Shown piece after piece: positions 16,046 through 25,136 of a DNA stretch of 54,723 nt (its first letter is position 1; every line of letters starts with the position of its first letter). The notes under the pieces are model-generated. The model searched no databases, was not told the origin of the DNA, and saw nothing but the letters and a program-made list of their open reading frames with translations. Source of the DNA: a virus (taxonomy: Duplodnaviria; Caudoviricetes); IMG/VR virus record IMGVR_UViG_3300037423_001046, positions 1-54,723 of that record; one strand, written 5' to 3'. Made by a program: the position numbers and the translations under genes.

Positions 16046-17035
16046 TCAGCCCTCCGGGGTGGTGGTGTCGTCGTCGGGGACGAGCTCGGCGTCGACCGTC
16101 TCGTCGTCGGTGGGGAAGTTGGGCCCGCCCTGCATGTGGTCGATGACCTTGCGGGCGTCTCCGCGGGTGACGTCGACTCCGCCGTTGATCGGGCGGCCGA
16201 CGACTTCGGCGATGTACGAGAGCCGGTCCTCGAGCGCGACGCCGGCGGCGTCGAGCGCCTTGAACAGTTCGACACCGAGGTCGCTGCCGGGGTCGAGAAC
16301 CGCGCGCTCCTCCTGCTCGGCGCGGCGACGCGCACGGGACGCGGCGAGCCCACCCGAACCGGCACCGGTCGTGCGACCGGCGCGGGCGGGAGCGCCGTTG
16401 TCGGCCTGCCCCATCTCCTCGTCGGTGTAGAGGTTCGCGAAGTCCTGCGGGTACGCCTTGCGGAGCGCGAGCGCCTCGGCGCACTTCGCCAGCTGGCCGG
16501 CGGGCATCTTCGCCCACATGCTGTTCGGTTCGCCGTTGTTCTTCGTCTGCACGTACTCGGCGAAGATCGCGAGACCGGGGAACGGGTGGCCGTTCTTCAG
16601 GACCGTGACGCGGGCGGCCGCCGGCGGCCGCTGTGACAGCCACACGTCGCGCCACACGCCGTCTTCGCCACACCACTCGGTGTCCTCGTATTCGAGGGTG
16701 TCGCCTTCCCGCTTCGCGGCCCGGTGTGCGGTGACCCGGTAGCCGTCGATGCCGGTCTGGATGGTGCACTTCGTCTCGTAGTGGCCCTGCTTGTCCTGCG
16801 GCCCGTCGAACACCTTCACCTTGCGGGCGATCATGTGGATCTGCCGGGCGAACGGGTCCAGTCCGGTGCGCTGGGAGACGTGGAAGAACACGTCAAGGTC
16901 ACCCTGGGACGCGTCCTGCAGCCCGAGCTGGCGGAGTGCGGCGATCTGCTGCTCGTTCCACCGCTCCTGGTCGGCGGAGAGGATGAGCGCGGATCCGTGT
17001 CCGCTGGTCGTGGTGGCGAGTTCGTTGCCGGTCAT
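16046..17035 (-). CDS. bet: ssDNA-annealing recombinase, Bet/RecT family
   Basis: TGLDPFARQI..QTGIDGYR..WAKMPAGQLAKCAEALALRKAYP. Confidence 0.92.
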   Translation of the reverse strand: MTGNELATTTSGHGSALILSADQERWNEQQIAALRQLGLQDASQGDLDVFFHVSQRTGLDPFARQIHMIARKVKVFDGPQDKQGHYETKCTIQTGIDGYRVTAHRAAKREGDTLEYEDTEWCGEDGVWRDVWLSQRPPAAARVTVLKNGHPFPGLAIFAEYVQTKNNGEPNSMWAKMPAGQLAKCAEALALRKAYPQDFANLYTDEEMGQADNGAPARAGRTTGAGSGGLAASRARRRAEQEERAVLDPGSDLGVELFKALDAAGVALEDRLSYIAEVVGRPINGGVDVTRGDARKVIDHMQGGPNFPTDDETVDAELVPDDDTTTPEG

Positions 17036-18036
17036 TCTGAGATCTCCACTTCGATGTCTGAGTACGCCCACGAGGGGATGTCGACGCGTGCGAATTCGGT
17101 GGCGGGCACGAAGCCGGGCCAGGTGTCGGTGTCGACGCACTCGCGGTACAGGTCGAGCGCCCGCCGGTTGAGGTCGCGGCCGCGTGCGACGGCGGAGTGG
17201 ACGAGCTCGACTGCGGTCACGAGGTACGGCGGGTTCTTCATCTGGACGATGAACACGAACGCTTCGGCGGGGTGCCCGAGGTCGGCGGCGAGGTCGAGGT
17301 ACCACGGGTGCTGCTGGTGATAGCCGAACTCGGCGGCCTTCCGCCGGAACCATGCGGGGTCGGCGGACTCGGCGGTCTTGTAGTCGACGGCGATCGTGGG
17401 GGCGAGCCAGTCGAACCGGCACCGGCGGATGATCCCGGTCTCCGGGTCGGGTGCGTAGGCCGACACCTCGGCCTCGCCCTCGGCGAAGAGTTCCATCGCG
17501 AGCGAGTGGTTGGCGAGCTCGTTCGCCATGTTGTCGATCTGCTTGGCCTCGCCAGCCTTCAGCGCGACGGCGCCCTCGGCGCGGGCCTTCGCGATGAACG
17601 CCTTCGCTTCCGTCGTCGACGTCGCGCCGTTGCTGGCGAGGATGTCGCTGGGGATGACGCGGATCTCCGCTCCGACACCGAGCACCTTCTTGTGTGCGGC
17701 GGTGCCGAAGTCGAACACCTTCTTGTAGACGGGGTGCTTCTGCTCCCACCGGAACAGCGCCGGTGCCTTGAGCAGAGTCTTCGCGCCGGAGTGGGAGAGC
17801 GACGACGGGTCGCGGTGGTAGAGCTCCTCGTCGATGTCGGGATAGAAGCCGGGCACGCCGCGGCGGGGCTCCGGGTCGTCCTCCACGATCTCGGCCTCGA
17901 AGACCTCCCAGTGGCACTCGCAGACGCAGTCGAGTTGCTCGCCCCTGTTGATGGTGGCGCCGTTGCAACGGGCGTGGGAGTCGGGCGGGTTACCGACCGC
18001 GCAGAACCCGCTGGTCCACGGCTTCGGTCCGGTCAC
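17032..18036 (-). CDS. RecE/exonuclease VIII-like PD-(D/E)XK nuclease
   Basis: YH..SLSHSGAK..GTAAH..RCRFDW..DYKT..GYHQQ. Confidence 0.9.
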   Translation of the reverse strand: MTGPKPWTSGFCAVGNPPDSHARCNGATINRGEQLDCVCECHWEVFEAEIVEDDPEPRRGVPGFYPDIDEELYHRDPSSLSHSGAKTLLKAPALFRWEQKHPVYKKVFDFGTAAHKKVLGVGAEIRVIPSDILASNGATSTTEAKAFIAKARAEGAVALKAGEAKQIDNMANELANHSLAMELFAEGEAEVSAYAPDPETGIIRRCRFDWLAPTIAVDYKTAESADPAWFRRKAAEFGYHQQHPWYLDLAADLGHPAEAFVFIVQMKNPPYLVTAVELVHSAVARGRDLNRRALDLYRECVDTDTWPGFVPATEFARVDIPSWAYSDIEVEISE

Positions 18037-18194
18037 AGGTTCTCGACCCCGCCGATGAAAGCCAGCGCGCCAGCGATCCCGAACAGGACGAGGACGGTGC
18101 TCTGTCCTTCCGTGAGCGTCGGGCCCCAGACGGACATCGCGAACGCGCCGGCGACCATGAGTACGCCGAGCACCATCAGGAATGCCGCCTTCAT
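18033..18194 (-). CDS. Small two-TM membrane protein
   Basis: Hydrophobic; coupled. Confidence 0.6.
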   Translation of the reverse strand: MKAAFLMVLGVLMVAGAFAMSVWGPTLTEGQSTVLVLFGIAGALAFIGGVENL

Positions 18195-18445
18195 TGGGAT
18201 CCGCCTCCGAGGTCGTCGAGGTGGTTGAGCTCGGCGACGACGGCGTCGTGGTTGGGTTCGCATCCGAGCGCGGCGGCGAGGTTGGTGTAGTCGTTCGCGG
18301 TTCCGTCACCGATCGCGCGGCGGATGTCGGCCCGACCGACGGCGGACTCGATGTCGATCTTCGGCCGCGGTGTCCCGGGAACGCGGGGCCCGTTGCCGTT
18401 GCGTTCGGCGATCTCCGCGAGAGTGGCGCGGTAGCGGTCGCTCAT
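18191..18445 (-). CDS. Hypothetical protein
   Basis: Coupled ORF. Confidence 0.6.
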   Translation of the reverse strand: MSDRYRATLAEIAERNGNGPRVPGTPRPKIDIESAVGRADIRRAIGDGTANDYTNLAAALGCEPNHDAVVAELNHLDDLGGGSQ

Positions 18446-18960
18446 CGGATGCCTCCGGTCTGCTGGAAGAGGGCGACCTCGAGGGCCGCGGTGGTGTTGT
18501 CGGCGAGGAGCTCGCCGGGGAGGACGACCAGCGGCCAGGTCTCATCGCGGAGCCGGTCGAAGATCGGGGACAGTCCGCCGTCGTCGAAGACCATCCGCTC
18601 GAGGTCGTCACGGAGGTCGGGAAGGATCCGGCCAGCGAGCCGCATCTCCACCTGGGTGTGGTCGCGGCCGGCGACCTCGGCGGCGAGGCTGTCGTTGGCG
18701 ACAGACAACTCCCGGCAGGTTTCGTTCTCGCGGTCGAGGGTGCGTTCGGTCAGGACGAGACGGGCCTCTGCGGTCCGGCGCTTCATGCGTTCGATCGCGC
18801 GGTCGCAGTGGAGGTACACCCACGTGGTCGTGAGCCGACGGTTCTTCGCCTCGAGCTCGCAGATCCGCGCGGTCTGCTTCGCGTGGTCGCGGGCGCACCA
18901 GTACGCGCCCGCGCCGAACACGACGGTCGTGACGGCGAGGACGATGACGAGCCAGATCAC
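18442..18960 (-). CDS. Membrane-anchored coiled-coil protein
   Basis: N-terminal TM then helical region. Confidence 0.6.
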   Translation of the reverse strand: MIWLVIVLAVTTVVFGAGAYWCARDHAKQTARICELEAKNRRLTTTWVYLHCDRAIERMKRRTAEARLVLTERTLDRENETCRELSVANDSLAAEVAGRDHTQVEMRLAGRILPDLRDDLERMVFDDGGLSPIFDRLRDETWPLVVLPGELLADNTTAALEVALFQQTGGIR

Positions 18961-19259
18961 TTCGCACCCGGCCAGGTGATCGCGACGCACTTGATCGCGT
19001 GGTCGAGCTCGGTGGCATGCACGTAGTGGTGGATCGCGCCGGCCTGGCCCTCGTGCTCGGTGATCGGCTGCTCGGTCCAGCGGGACCACTCAGTGAGCTC
19101 GACGAGGGAGTCGAACTGGAACGAGGTCGGCTCGTCCCCTTCGTGCACGGTGACGGTGTGCGGCATCGGGAGGCCAACGTTCGCGGCGTGCTCGATGACG
19201 GCGTGCGCGGCGCGCGCGTTCTTCGCGACCGCCGCAATGTCGGTGGGTGTGAACGGCAT
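18957..19259 (-). CDS. Hypothetical protein
   Basis: RBS AAAGAGA; coupled. Confidence 0.65.
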   Translation of the reverse strand: MPFTPTDIAAVAKNARAAHAVIEHAANVGLPMPHTVTVHEGDEPTSFQFDSLVELTEWSRWTEQPITEHEGQAGAIHHYVHATELDHAIKCVAITWPGAK

Positions 19260-19284
19260 GGGAGTCTCTTTCTGGGAGATGCCA

Positions 19285-19321
19285 GAAGCCCGGCCCCGCG
19301 GGGGATGCGGGGCCGGGCTTC
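19285..19321 (-). terminator. GC-rich hairpin after the DUF2303 gene
   Basis: GAAGCCCGGCCCCGC/GCGGGGCCGGGCTTC 15-bp stem. Confidence 0.6.
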
Positions 19322-19338
19322 AGTCGGGGTGTGGTGGG

Positions 19339-20184
19339 TCAGCGAGACCCGAGGAAGATCGGCGAGTTCAGCCGGTCGAGCTCGCTGATGCCGGTCTGGA
19401 CCTTCGCGACGACGCCGAGGAATGCCTCACGCATGACGTCCTCCGGCCGCTCGAGCTTGTAGCCGATGCGGAGTACGCCGTCGGTGATCCGGTACCGGAG
19501 TCGGGCGGTGACCTTGTACGGGTCGGCACCCTCGAACGGACGGACGCCGAGGACGAACGTCTCGGGGATGTCCATCTGCCCGGCGCGGCCGGCCTTCGCG
19601 TCGACCTGCTCCCGGTAGGCGAGCTGACGCTCACCGGAGGAGAGTCGCTTCGACGACTCGAACGAGACACCGATGGTCGCCTGGAACGTCTGCGCGAGCT
19701 CGAGCATGTCCGCGGCCGCGGGCTGCACGATGTCGAGCGCCCGGTCCTCGATGAGCTCAGCGAAGTCGGACTGGCTGTCCAGCTTCCCGTCGCGGCTCGC
19801 CCACGCCTTCCAAGCCTCTGTCAGCTGGACGCTGTAGGCGACCTTGTGGTCCTCGAACTGTGCGTTGTTCGGGCCGCCGGCAATGTGGGCGTTGATGACG
19901 CCGGTGATCTTGGCGTTGACGGTGTCGGCCCACACCTCGGTGTCCGGGTTGCCGTGCTTCGCGATGTACGCGACGAACGATGAGGCGTCGTGCACCTGGT
20001 ACGTGCCGGTCTTCCGCGCCGGCGCGATGTTGGCGGTCGAGTGCTTCTCCGCCTCGGCGAACAGGTCGTACAGATGGACCTGACCGGTGGGGGAGACGAC
20101 GACGTGGAACCGCTCGCTGTCGTTGAGCACCTTGGGCTCGGCGGCGCGGGTGGCGGCGTCGATGATGGGCTGAGTGTCGGTCAC
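19339..20184 (-). CDS. DUF2303 (YfdQ-like) protein
   Basis: DASSFVAY..WKAW..Q.DFAELIED..DIPETF..F.G..V.ARLRYR. Confidence 0.85.
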   Translation of the reverse strand: MTDTQPIIDAATRAAEPKVLNDSERFHVVVSPTGQVHLYDLFAEAEKHSTANIAPARKTGTYQVHDASSFVAYIAKHGNPDTEVWADTVNAKITGVINAHIAGGPNNAQFEDHKVAYSVQLTEAWKAWASRDGKLDSQSDFAELIEDRALDIVQPAAADMLELAQTFQATIGVSFESSKRLSSGERQLAYREQVDAKAGRAGQMDIPETFVLGVRPFEGADPYKVTARLRYRITDGVLRIGYKLERPEDVMREAFLGVVAKVQTGISELDRLNSPIFLGSR

Positions 20185-20567
20185 GCCTTGATCTCCTTGA
20201 GCTCTCCGGTGGAGGTGTCGACCGTGCCGACACCGGGCACCTCACGCAGCCCCTCGAACGTCAACTGGTTCGGGTCGGTGCGCGAGAGGTTGCCGTGCTG
20301 GTCGGCGTAGAACAGGGACGCCTTGCGGTCGTGCTCCGGCAGTCGGAGCTTGATCTCGTCGGAGAGGACGAGCACGTCGTGGTCGCCCTTCATCGTCGCG
20401 ACCTTGATCGTGAACTGCAGCGACCCGGCCTTGCCGGTGTCGCGGACGCGCGCCACGAGGTCGTGCAGCGCCTCGCTCAGCTCGTCGTGGGACTTGCCGC
20501 CGGACTGCTCGCGAAGCCAGTCCGCGAACGGCCGGACGAACGCGTCGTCCTCGTCGGTGTCGGTCAT
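20181..20567 (-). CDS. Conserved DUF2303 partner protein (YfdP-like)
   Basis: ELSEALHDLV..V..TGKAGSL..KLP..FY....GNL.R.DP.Q. Confidence 0.75.
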   Translation of the reverse strand: MTDTDEDDAFVRPFADWLREQSGGKSHDELSEALHDLVARVRDTGKAGSLQFTIKVATMKGDHDVLVLSDEIKLRLPEHDRKASLFYADQHGNLSRTDPNQLTFEGLREVPGVGTVDTSTGELKEIKA

Positions 20568-21133
20568 CCGTTCTCTCTTTCGGTGGGAAGCAGAACGGCC
20601 GGCCCACCCTGGTTGGGTGGACCGGCCGTTGTGCCGGGATGGTTGGCGGCGTCCGACTGGGTGCCGGGGCCGCGCTCTATTGGGTGGTCGTTGTCCCAGC
20701 CGCGCCAGCGGCGCAGCCGGATGTCTTTGTTGCCGTTGCCCTTGGAGTGGGTGGGGTCGATCGGCGCGGGGGTCTTCGTCTTGTCGAGGAATCCTTTGGG
20801 CCCGCACGCGGGTCCCCACTTTGCGGAGAACGACCGCGGGTCGATCTCGCCGAACCGGTCGTGCAGCAGCTTCGACACCCGCGACGGGTGGACCCACCCG
20901 CCGTGGGCCTCCGCGTCTGCCCGGCACGCCGCCTTGAAGTCGTCCATCCGGAGCTTCCCGAGAGGGGTGTGCTCGTCGGCGATCAGGGACAGGAGGTCCG
21001 GCTCGTCGAGAGGGCCGGTGCCGAGCAGCAGCGCCGAGACCGGCCGCCGACCCATGTCGAGGTACGGGGTGATGTCGACCTGAACTTCGGCGGTGAGGTC
21101 GACGCCGTTGAACGTCAGCGTGGTCTTCGTCAT
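20564..21133 (-). CDS. Hypothetical protein
   Basis: Coupled ORF. Confidence 0.65.
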   Translation of the reverse strand: MTKTTLTFNGVDLTAEVQVDITPYLDMGRRPVSALLLGTGPLDEPDLLSLIADEHTPLGKLRMDDFKAACRADAEAHGGWVHPSRVSKLLHDRFGEIDPRSFSAKWGPACGPKGFLDKTKTPAPIDPTHSKGNGNKDIRLRRWRGWDNDHPIERGPGTQSDAANHPGTTAGPPNQGGPAVLLPTERENG

Positions 21134-21573
21134 CCGTCCTCCCGCGGTGTCGGCGCGTGGTCGAACCCCGGCAGCGGTCGCCACGCGAGCACCTCGGCGA
21201 CCTCGAGCACCCCGTCCCGTGACGGGTGCGGGTCGTGCCACAGGCGACCGTCGCGGTAGAGCACCTGGTGACTGACGCCACGGGGACTCTTGCCGGCGAC
21301 GAACAGGATCTCGTCGTCCTCGCCGTCGGTCACCGACTCGAGTGCGACGGGCCAGTAGCCCTTGGCCGCCATGAAGCCGAGCAGCATCGACCACCAGTTG
21401 TTTCCCGACGAGACGTCGTGCACGTCGGAGCTGTCCCCGTAGGCGATGCCGAACTCGACGAAATGCGGCACCTCGGCGAGCGGGATGTCGAGCAGCGTGG
21501 CGACGCACGCCGCGACGCAGTTGCCGAGCCGCTTCGGGTCGTCGACGAAGATGGTCTGGTCGGTCTTGCTCAT
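21130..21573 (-). CDS. Putative papain-like (C39-type) fold protein
   Basis: Q..GNCVAACVATLL..SHQV..HDPHP. Confidence 0.55.
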   Translation of the reverse strand: MSKTDQTIFVDDPKRLGNCVAACVATLLDIPLAEVPHFVEFGIAYGDSSDVHDVSSGNNWWSMLLGFMAAKGYWPVALESVTDGEDDEILFVAGKSPRGVSHQVLYRDGRLWHDPHPSRDGVLEVAEVLAWRPLPGFDHAPTPREDG

Positions 21574-21794
21574 CGGTCACCGCCTGGGTAGCGAGGGATC
21601 ATCACGTGGTGCCGCGCCCACGGTCGCGCCATCCGGACGTAGGCACGGGTGACGGGGTGGCGGGGGAGCGGGATGGTCGGGTGCGGTTGCGAGATGCACA
21701 CGAACTCGTGGCCGGCGAGATGGGTGGTGTGTCCGCACTGGCCCGGCTTGATCCGCGGGTCTTGCTCACGCAGCTGGGTGACGGTCGCGGTCAT
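21570..21794 (-). CDS. Hypothetical protein
   Basis: Coupled ORF. Confidence 0.5.
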   Translation of the reverse strand: MTATVTQLREQDPRIKPGQCGHTTHLAGHEFVCISQPHPTIPLPRHPVTRAYVRMARPWARHHVMIPRYPGGDR

Positions 21795-21985
21795 CAGTCG
21801 TCCCACCGCCAGCTCTTGATGTTCGCCAGGGGGAACCACCGCCTGTCGGTGACGTCGCCGTACTGCCGTCGGGTGAAGACCTGCAGCACCGTTCCGTCCT
21901 TGAGGATCTCGAAGTCGTTGCCGCCGACGCGGTCCGTGGTTCCGTCCATGAAGTCGAAGACGACGTATCCGTAGTACCTGCTCAT
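21794..21985 (-). CDS. Small beta-rich hypothetical protein
   Basis: RBS GGAGG; coupled. Confidence 0.6.
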   Translation of the reverse strand: MSRYYGYVVFDFMDGTTDRVGGNDFEILKDGTVLQVFTRRQYGDVTDRRWFPLANIKSWRWDD

Positions 21986-22602
21986 CGCTTCCTCCCTCCT
22001 GGGACCTGCCGCATCATCTGGGCGATGCCGCGGTCGTAGTCGTCGGGCTGGTCCTCCCACGGCAGCTTCTTCGGCCCACGTGGGATGCGCGGCGGGGTCG
22101 GCTCCGGCGTCACCGGGATCGCGGAGCCGCCCCACCGCTCGGGGCGGTCGTCGAGGAGGACGTCGCATCCCGGGCACCGCCACGCCGAGCAGTCCTTGTA
22201 CCGGGTCTCGACCTTGACGAGCGCGGCGTCGTGCACGTGCCCGCACCACTTGCACCGGACCGGGTAACGCATCGGCTTCGGCCGCGTGCGCTCCTCCGTC
22301 TGCCGTCGCACCGACCGGACCACGAAGTCCTGCCGTTGCCGCTTCGGCTTCGGGCCCTTCTTCCGCTTCCCCGTGATCTTCCGGCCGAGCAGCCGGTAGA
22401 CGTCGGCGCGGGCGAGCTTCACGCTGAAGTGCTTCGGCGTGGACGGGAGCTTGTATTGCGCGGCCGCCTGCGGGTGACGCCAGATCGTGTGGCCGTTCGC
22501 GTCGACTCCCTCGTATGACCAGCCTTCGGAGTCGAGCCATTCGGCGAAGTGTCGGATCTCGGCGCGTGAGAACCGCGGCCAGTCCTGCCGCCGGCCGCTC
22601 AC
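21982..22602 (-). CDS. HicA-like N-terminal domain fused to a zinc ribbon
   Basis: LDSEGWSY...NGHTIWRHP...LPSTP; CKWC..CPGC. Confidence 0.55.
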   Translation of the reverse strand: MSGRRQDWPRFSRAEIRHFAEWLDSEGWSYEGVDANGHTIWRHPQAAAQYKLPSTPKHFSVKLARADVYRLLGRKITGKRKKGPKPKRQRQDFVVRSVRRQTEERTRPKPMRYPVRCKWCGHVHDAALVKVETRYKDCSAWRCPGCDVLLDDRPERWGGSAIPVTPEPTPPRIPRGPKKLPWEDQPDDYDRGIAQMMRQVPGGRKR

Positions 22603-22934
22603 GAACCGTCCCCCGCACCGGGGGGAATGGGGAACCTGTCAGGGAGCGCGTCTACCGCAGCCAGAAACGCCTGCTGGCATGCCGGGCAGTACCAGCGCCC
22701 ATAGATCGTGGGCATGTCGTCCCCACCGGGTTCCCAGATCAGCGCATCGCCGTGCTCAGCGCAGGTGCGGTCAATCTCGACGGTCTGCCCGGGGGGATTG
22801 ACCGTGGTGCGCCGGGGGTCGAGTCGGCTGCCAGGCTCGCACGGACCCTCGTGCCCTGCGCCCTTCCAGCACGGTCCGCGCCCGCAGTAGGTCGCCAGGA
22901 CGTGGAGCCCATTCTCGGCGGTGTGCTCGCTCAT
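22599..22934 (-). CDS. Cys/His-rich hypothetical protein
   Basis: CG..C...GHEGPC; CAEH..CPAC. Confidence 0.6.
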   Translation of the reverse strand: MSEHTAENGLHVLATYCGRGPCWKGAGHEGPCEPGSRLDPRRTTVNPPGQTVEIDRTCAEHGDALIWEPGGDDMPTIYGRWYCPACQQAFLAAVDALPDRFPIPPGAGDGS

Positions 22935-23039
22935 CGGGACCTCCGCGCCTCGAGCACCATGAGGATCACGACCGAAACGAAGAAGGCGCCCCAGAGGAGC
23001 GCCAACACGACCAGTCCGTCATCGAATCTGTGCACGGTC

Positions 23040-23222
23040 TCACCTCAGATGCTTGGGGAGCGTGGTCTCACGCTCGGGAGTGGGGTAACGGCGGCGGTAC
23101 GCCTTCGCGCAGTCGGGGTGCATGAGTCCGGGGCCCTTGATGAAGTCGCGGACGTTGCCGAGCGGGCGGGAGCACCACGCACAGAGACGGATCTGGTCGT
23201 GGTCCAGCAGCGGCCGGGTCAT
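23040..23222 (-). CDS. Small zinc-finger protein
   Basis: CAWC...HPDC. Confidence 0.55.
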   Translation of the reverse strand: MTRPLLDHDQIRLCAWCSRPLGNVRDFIKGPGLMHPDCAKAYRRRYPTPERETTLPKHLR

Positions 23223-23368
23223 CGCTTCCTCCCCCAACCGAAGTCGCCAGCGATGCCCTCAGGGTCGGCGAATCCAGCAGCGCGCAACTCGCGCACAGCC
23301 CAAGCCGCCTCTGCGGGATCGGTAGTTCTCGCCAGCACGTCCAGCGGGTCGACTCCGTAGCCGTTCAC
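23219..23368 (-). CDS. Small hypothetical protein
   Basis: Coupled at both ends. Confidence 0.45.
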   Translation of the reverse strand: MNGYGVDPLDVLARTTDPAEAAWAVRELRAAGFADPEGIAGDFGWGRKR

Positions 23369-23688
23369 GACGTCACCCGCCACGACGACCCGGAGCCACC
23401 GACGCCGGCCCACCGCTTCGCGTGCGGCTTCCGGATGTCGAGCGGCACCGCCTCCATGAAGCGGGCCAGCTCGGCGCGGGTCATGCGGCACATCCGCTCA
23501 GCGTCGCGCTCGTCCTTGACGTCGGCGAGCATCGCCTTCGCGAACCGGACCGCCATCGCGCCGCTCATGCCGGGGAACTCGGCCATGAACCGGCGGGCGA
23601 TCTCGTCGCGCAGCTTCCGGGGGAGGAGTCTCCCGGCCTCCCGATAACGCTCGGGGGCAACGACCTCTGATGTGGGCGACGCGTTCAC
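23365..23688 (-). CDS. Hypothetical protein
   Basis: GTGA coupling. Confidence 0.55.
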   Translation of the reverse strand: MNASPTSEVVAPERYREAGRLLPRKLRDEIARRFMAEFPGMSGAMAVRFAKAMLADVKDERDAERMCRMTRAELARFMEAVPLDIRKPHAKRWAGVGGSGSSWRVTS

Positions 23689-23903
23689 GTCATCACCCGG
23701 TTGCGGCGCTTGCGCTTGAAGTTCTGCGCCTTCTCGACCATCTCGTCGATGGCCTGCTCGTCGGTGTACCAGCGGCCTCCGACCTTGGCGCCCCAGAGTT
23801 TCCCGGACCGCATCTGCACGCGGTACCAGTCGGCGCTGCCGAACTCGGGGCGGAGCTGGTGCGCCATCTCGGGCGTCAGGTTCGCGATCCGGTCCGCCAT
23901 CAC
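23685..23903 (-). CDS. Excisionase-like (MerR/HTH_17) DNA-binding protein
   Basis: LTPEMA...MRSGKLWGAKVGGRWY..EQAIDE. Confidence 0.7.
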   Translation of the reverse strand: MMADRIANLTPEMAHQLRPEFGSADWYRVQMRSGKLWGAKVGGRWYTDEQAIDEMVEKAQNFKRKRRNRVMT

Positions 23904-24241
23904 GCCACCTCACCGTCGTCGGCGACCGACGTCCATGCGACCTGGCAGCCGGGGTCGGAGTCACCGTCGGCGGAGGCCGCTATCTGCGCGGCTTCACGCT
24001 CGGCGACGTCGAGGATCTCGGAGAGCTCGATGTCGAGCGCTTCGGAGATGCGGACGAGCTCGGGCCAGGTAAACGGGAGGAGACCGGAGACACGGCGGGT
24101 CATCGACCGCTCGGCGATGCCGATGCTCTGGCCGGTCTGGGCAAGCGTCCATCCCTTCCGGGCGACTGCGCCGCGGACGGCTCGTCCCATCGCCACCGAA
24201 AGTGGATCCCGAGCCGCCGTTTTAGGTGTCGAAAGCGCCAT
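23900..24241 (-). CDS. Cro-like XRE HTH regulator
   Basis: VRGAVARKGWTLAQ..IGI..RSMTRRVSG..FTW.EL..I..AL; first gene of the early operon. Confidence 0.75.
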   Translation of the reverse strand: MALSTPKTAARDPLSVAMGRAVRGAVARKGWTLAQTGQSIGIAERSMTRRVSGLLPFTWPELVRISEALDIELSEILDVAEREAAQIAASADGDSDPGCQVAWTSVADDGEVA

Positions 24242-24404
24242 ATCAGGAACTTTAACGGCCCGATCTGGCCCCGTCTACCCAATCTGGTAGCCACATGTGG
24301 CGTATCAGGACCGGATAGTGGAAACTCCTAACCACTGAAGGAGCACAGAGCTCCCCCAGTCAGGCGCTCAAAGAGCGGGCGCCGCACGTCAGTAAAGGGT
24401 CGAC
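24242..24404. promoter_or_regulatory. Divergent lysis/lysogeny promoter-operator region
   Basis: Minus-strand TAGACG-17 bp-TAAAGT ending 7 nt before the Cro ATG; TATCAGGA at 24241 and 24303; palindrome GCCACATGTGGC 24290-24301. Confidence 0.6.
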
Positions 24405-24668
24405 ATGATGCCTACGAACGAAGCCGCCGAAGCGCGTACCGCTGCGCTGCTCAAGTCTCTCGGGCGACAGATTGCCGCCGAGCGGAAGCGCCGGGGTCTC
24501 ACGCAGGACGACCTCGCAGGTCTCACCGGTTACGCCGTCTCAAAGCGACAGGTCGGGAAGATCGAGCGCGGCACAGCCGGCCAGGTCCAAGAGACGTTCC
24601 TTCTAGCCGCCGCCCTCGACGTAAAGGTCTCCGACCTCGTGCGCGCGGCTGAGCGGTTCACCGCCTAA
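24405..24668 (+). CDS. Immunity repressor candidate (short XRE HTH)
   Basis: IAAERKRRGLTQDDLA..SKRQVGKIERG..LAAALDV; divergent from the early operon. Confidence 0.8.
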   Translation: MMPTNEAAEARTAALLKSLGRQIAAERKRRGLTQDDLAGLTGYAVSKRQVGKIERGTAGQVQETFLLAAALDVKVSDLVRAAERFTA

Positions 24669-24844
24669 CCAAGAACCGCTAGCCCGGGCTACGGGGAATG
24701 GCCCGTTCGGGCTATTGCCCCAAGATCTGTCGGCCAGATCTTCGAGACACGCCGTAACCAAGGTCGACCTATGTCGTAGCGTCGCCCTTGCTCGGCCGCC
24801 CCCGATGTCGAGCGCGCTCTTGGGTGAAGGGACGACAGTCACAA

Positions 24845-25093
24845 ATGGACATCAAGATCCGCGTCAGCTCGCTGCTCATCTCCTCGGTGTGGCTCAGCGG
24901 GATCGTCCTAGTCGCGCTCGAGGCGTTCCATCTGGCCCATACCGGTCAAACCGGCATCGTCCTCTCCATTCTGGGTGCGACCGTGTGGACCAACCGAACC
25001 CTCTGCGCTCTCCGGAAGCGGGAGCTCGTCGCGTTCGATCAGGGCCGGCGGTTCGAGCGCGAAGGCGGCCGCGACCTCACCGCCGTGAAGTAG
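24845..25093 (+). CDS. Two-TM membrane protein
   Basis: RBS GAAGGGA; hydrophobic helices. Confidence 0.65.
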   Translation: MDIKIRVSSLLISSVWLSGIVLVALEAFHLAHTGQTGIVLSILGATVWTNRTLCALRKRELVAFDQGRRFEREGGRDLTAVK

Positions 25094-25100
25094 CCGCTTC

Positions 25101-25122
25101 CACGGGTGCATATGCACCCGTG
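25101..25122. promoter_or_regulatory. Perfect 22-bp palindromic operator
   Basis: CACGGGTGCATATGCACCCGTG just before -10 TAGCGT of the RHH gene. Confidence 0.65.
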
Positions 25123-25136
25123 CTTAGCGTCCGCAG

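Noticed and set aside
16046-18309. Long N-terminal extensions on Bet and RecE (and similar ORF-track extensions elsewhere)
   Set aside because: They overlap real upstream genes; coupled starts at 17035 and 18036 fit the family N-termini.
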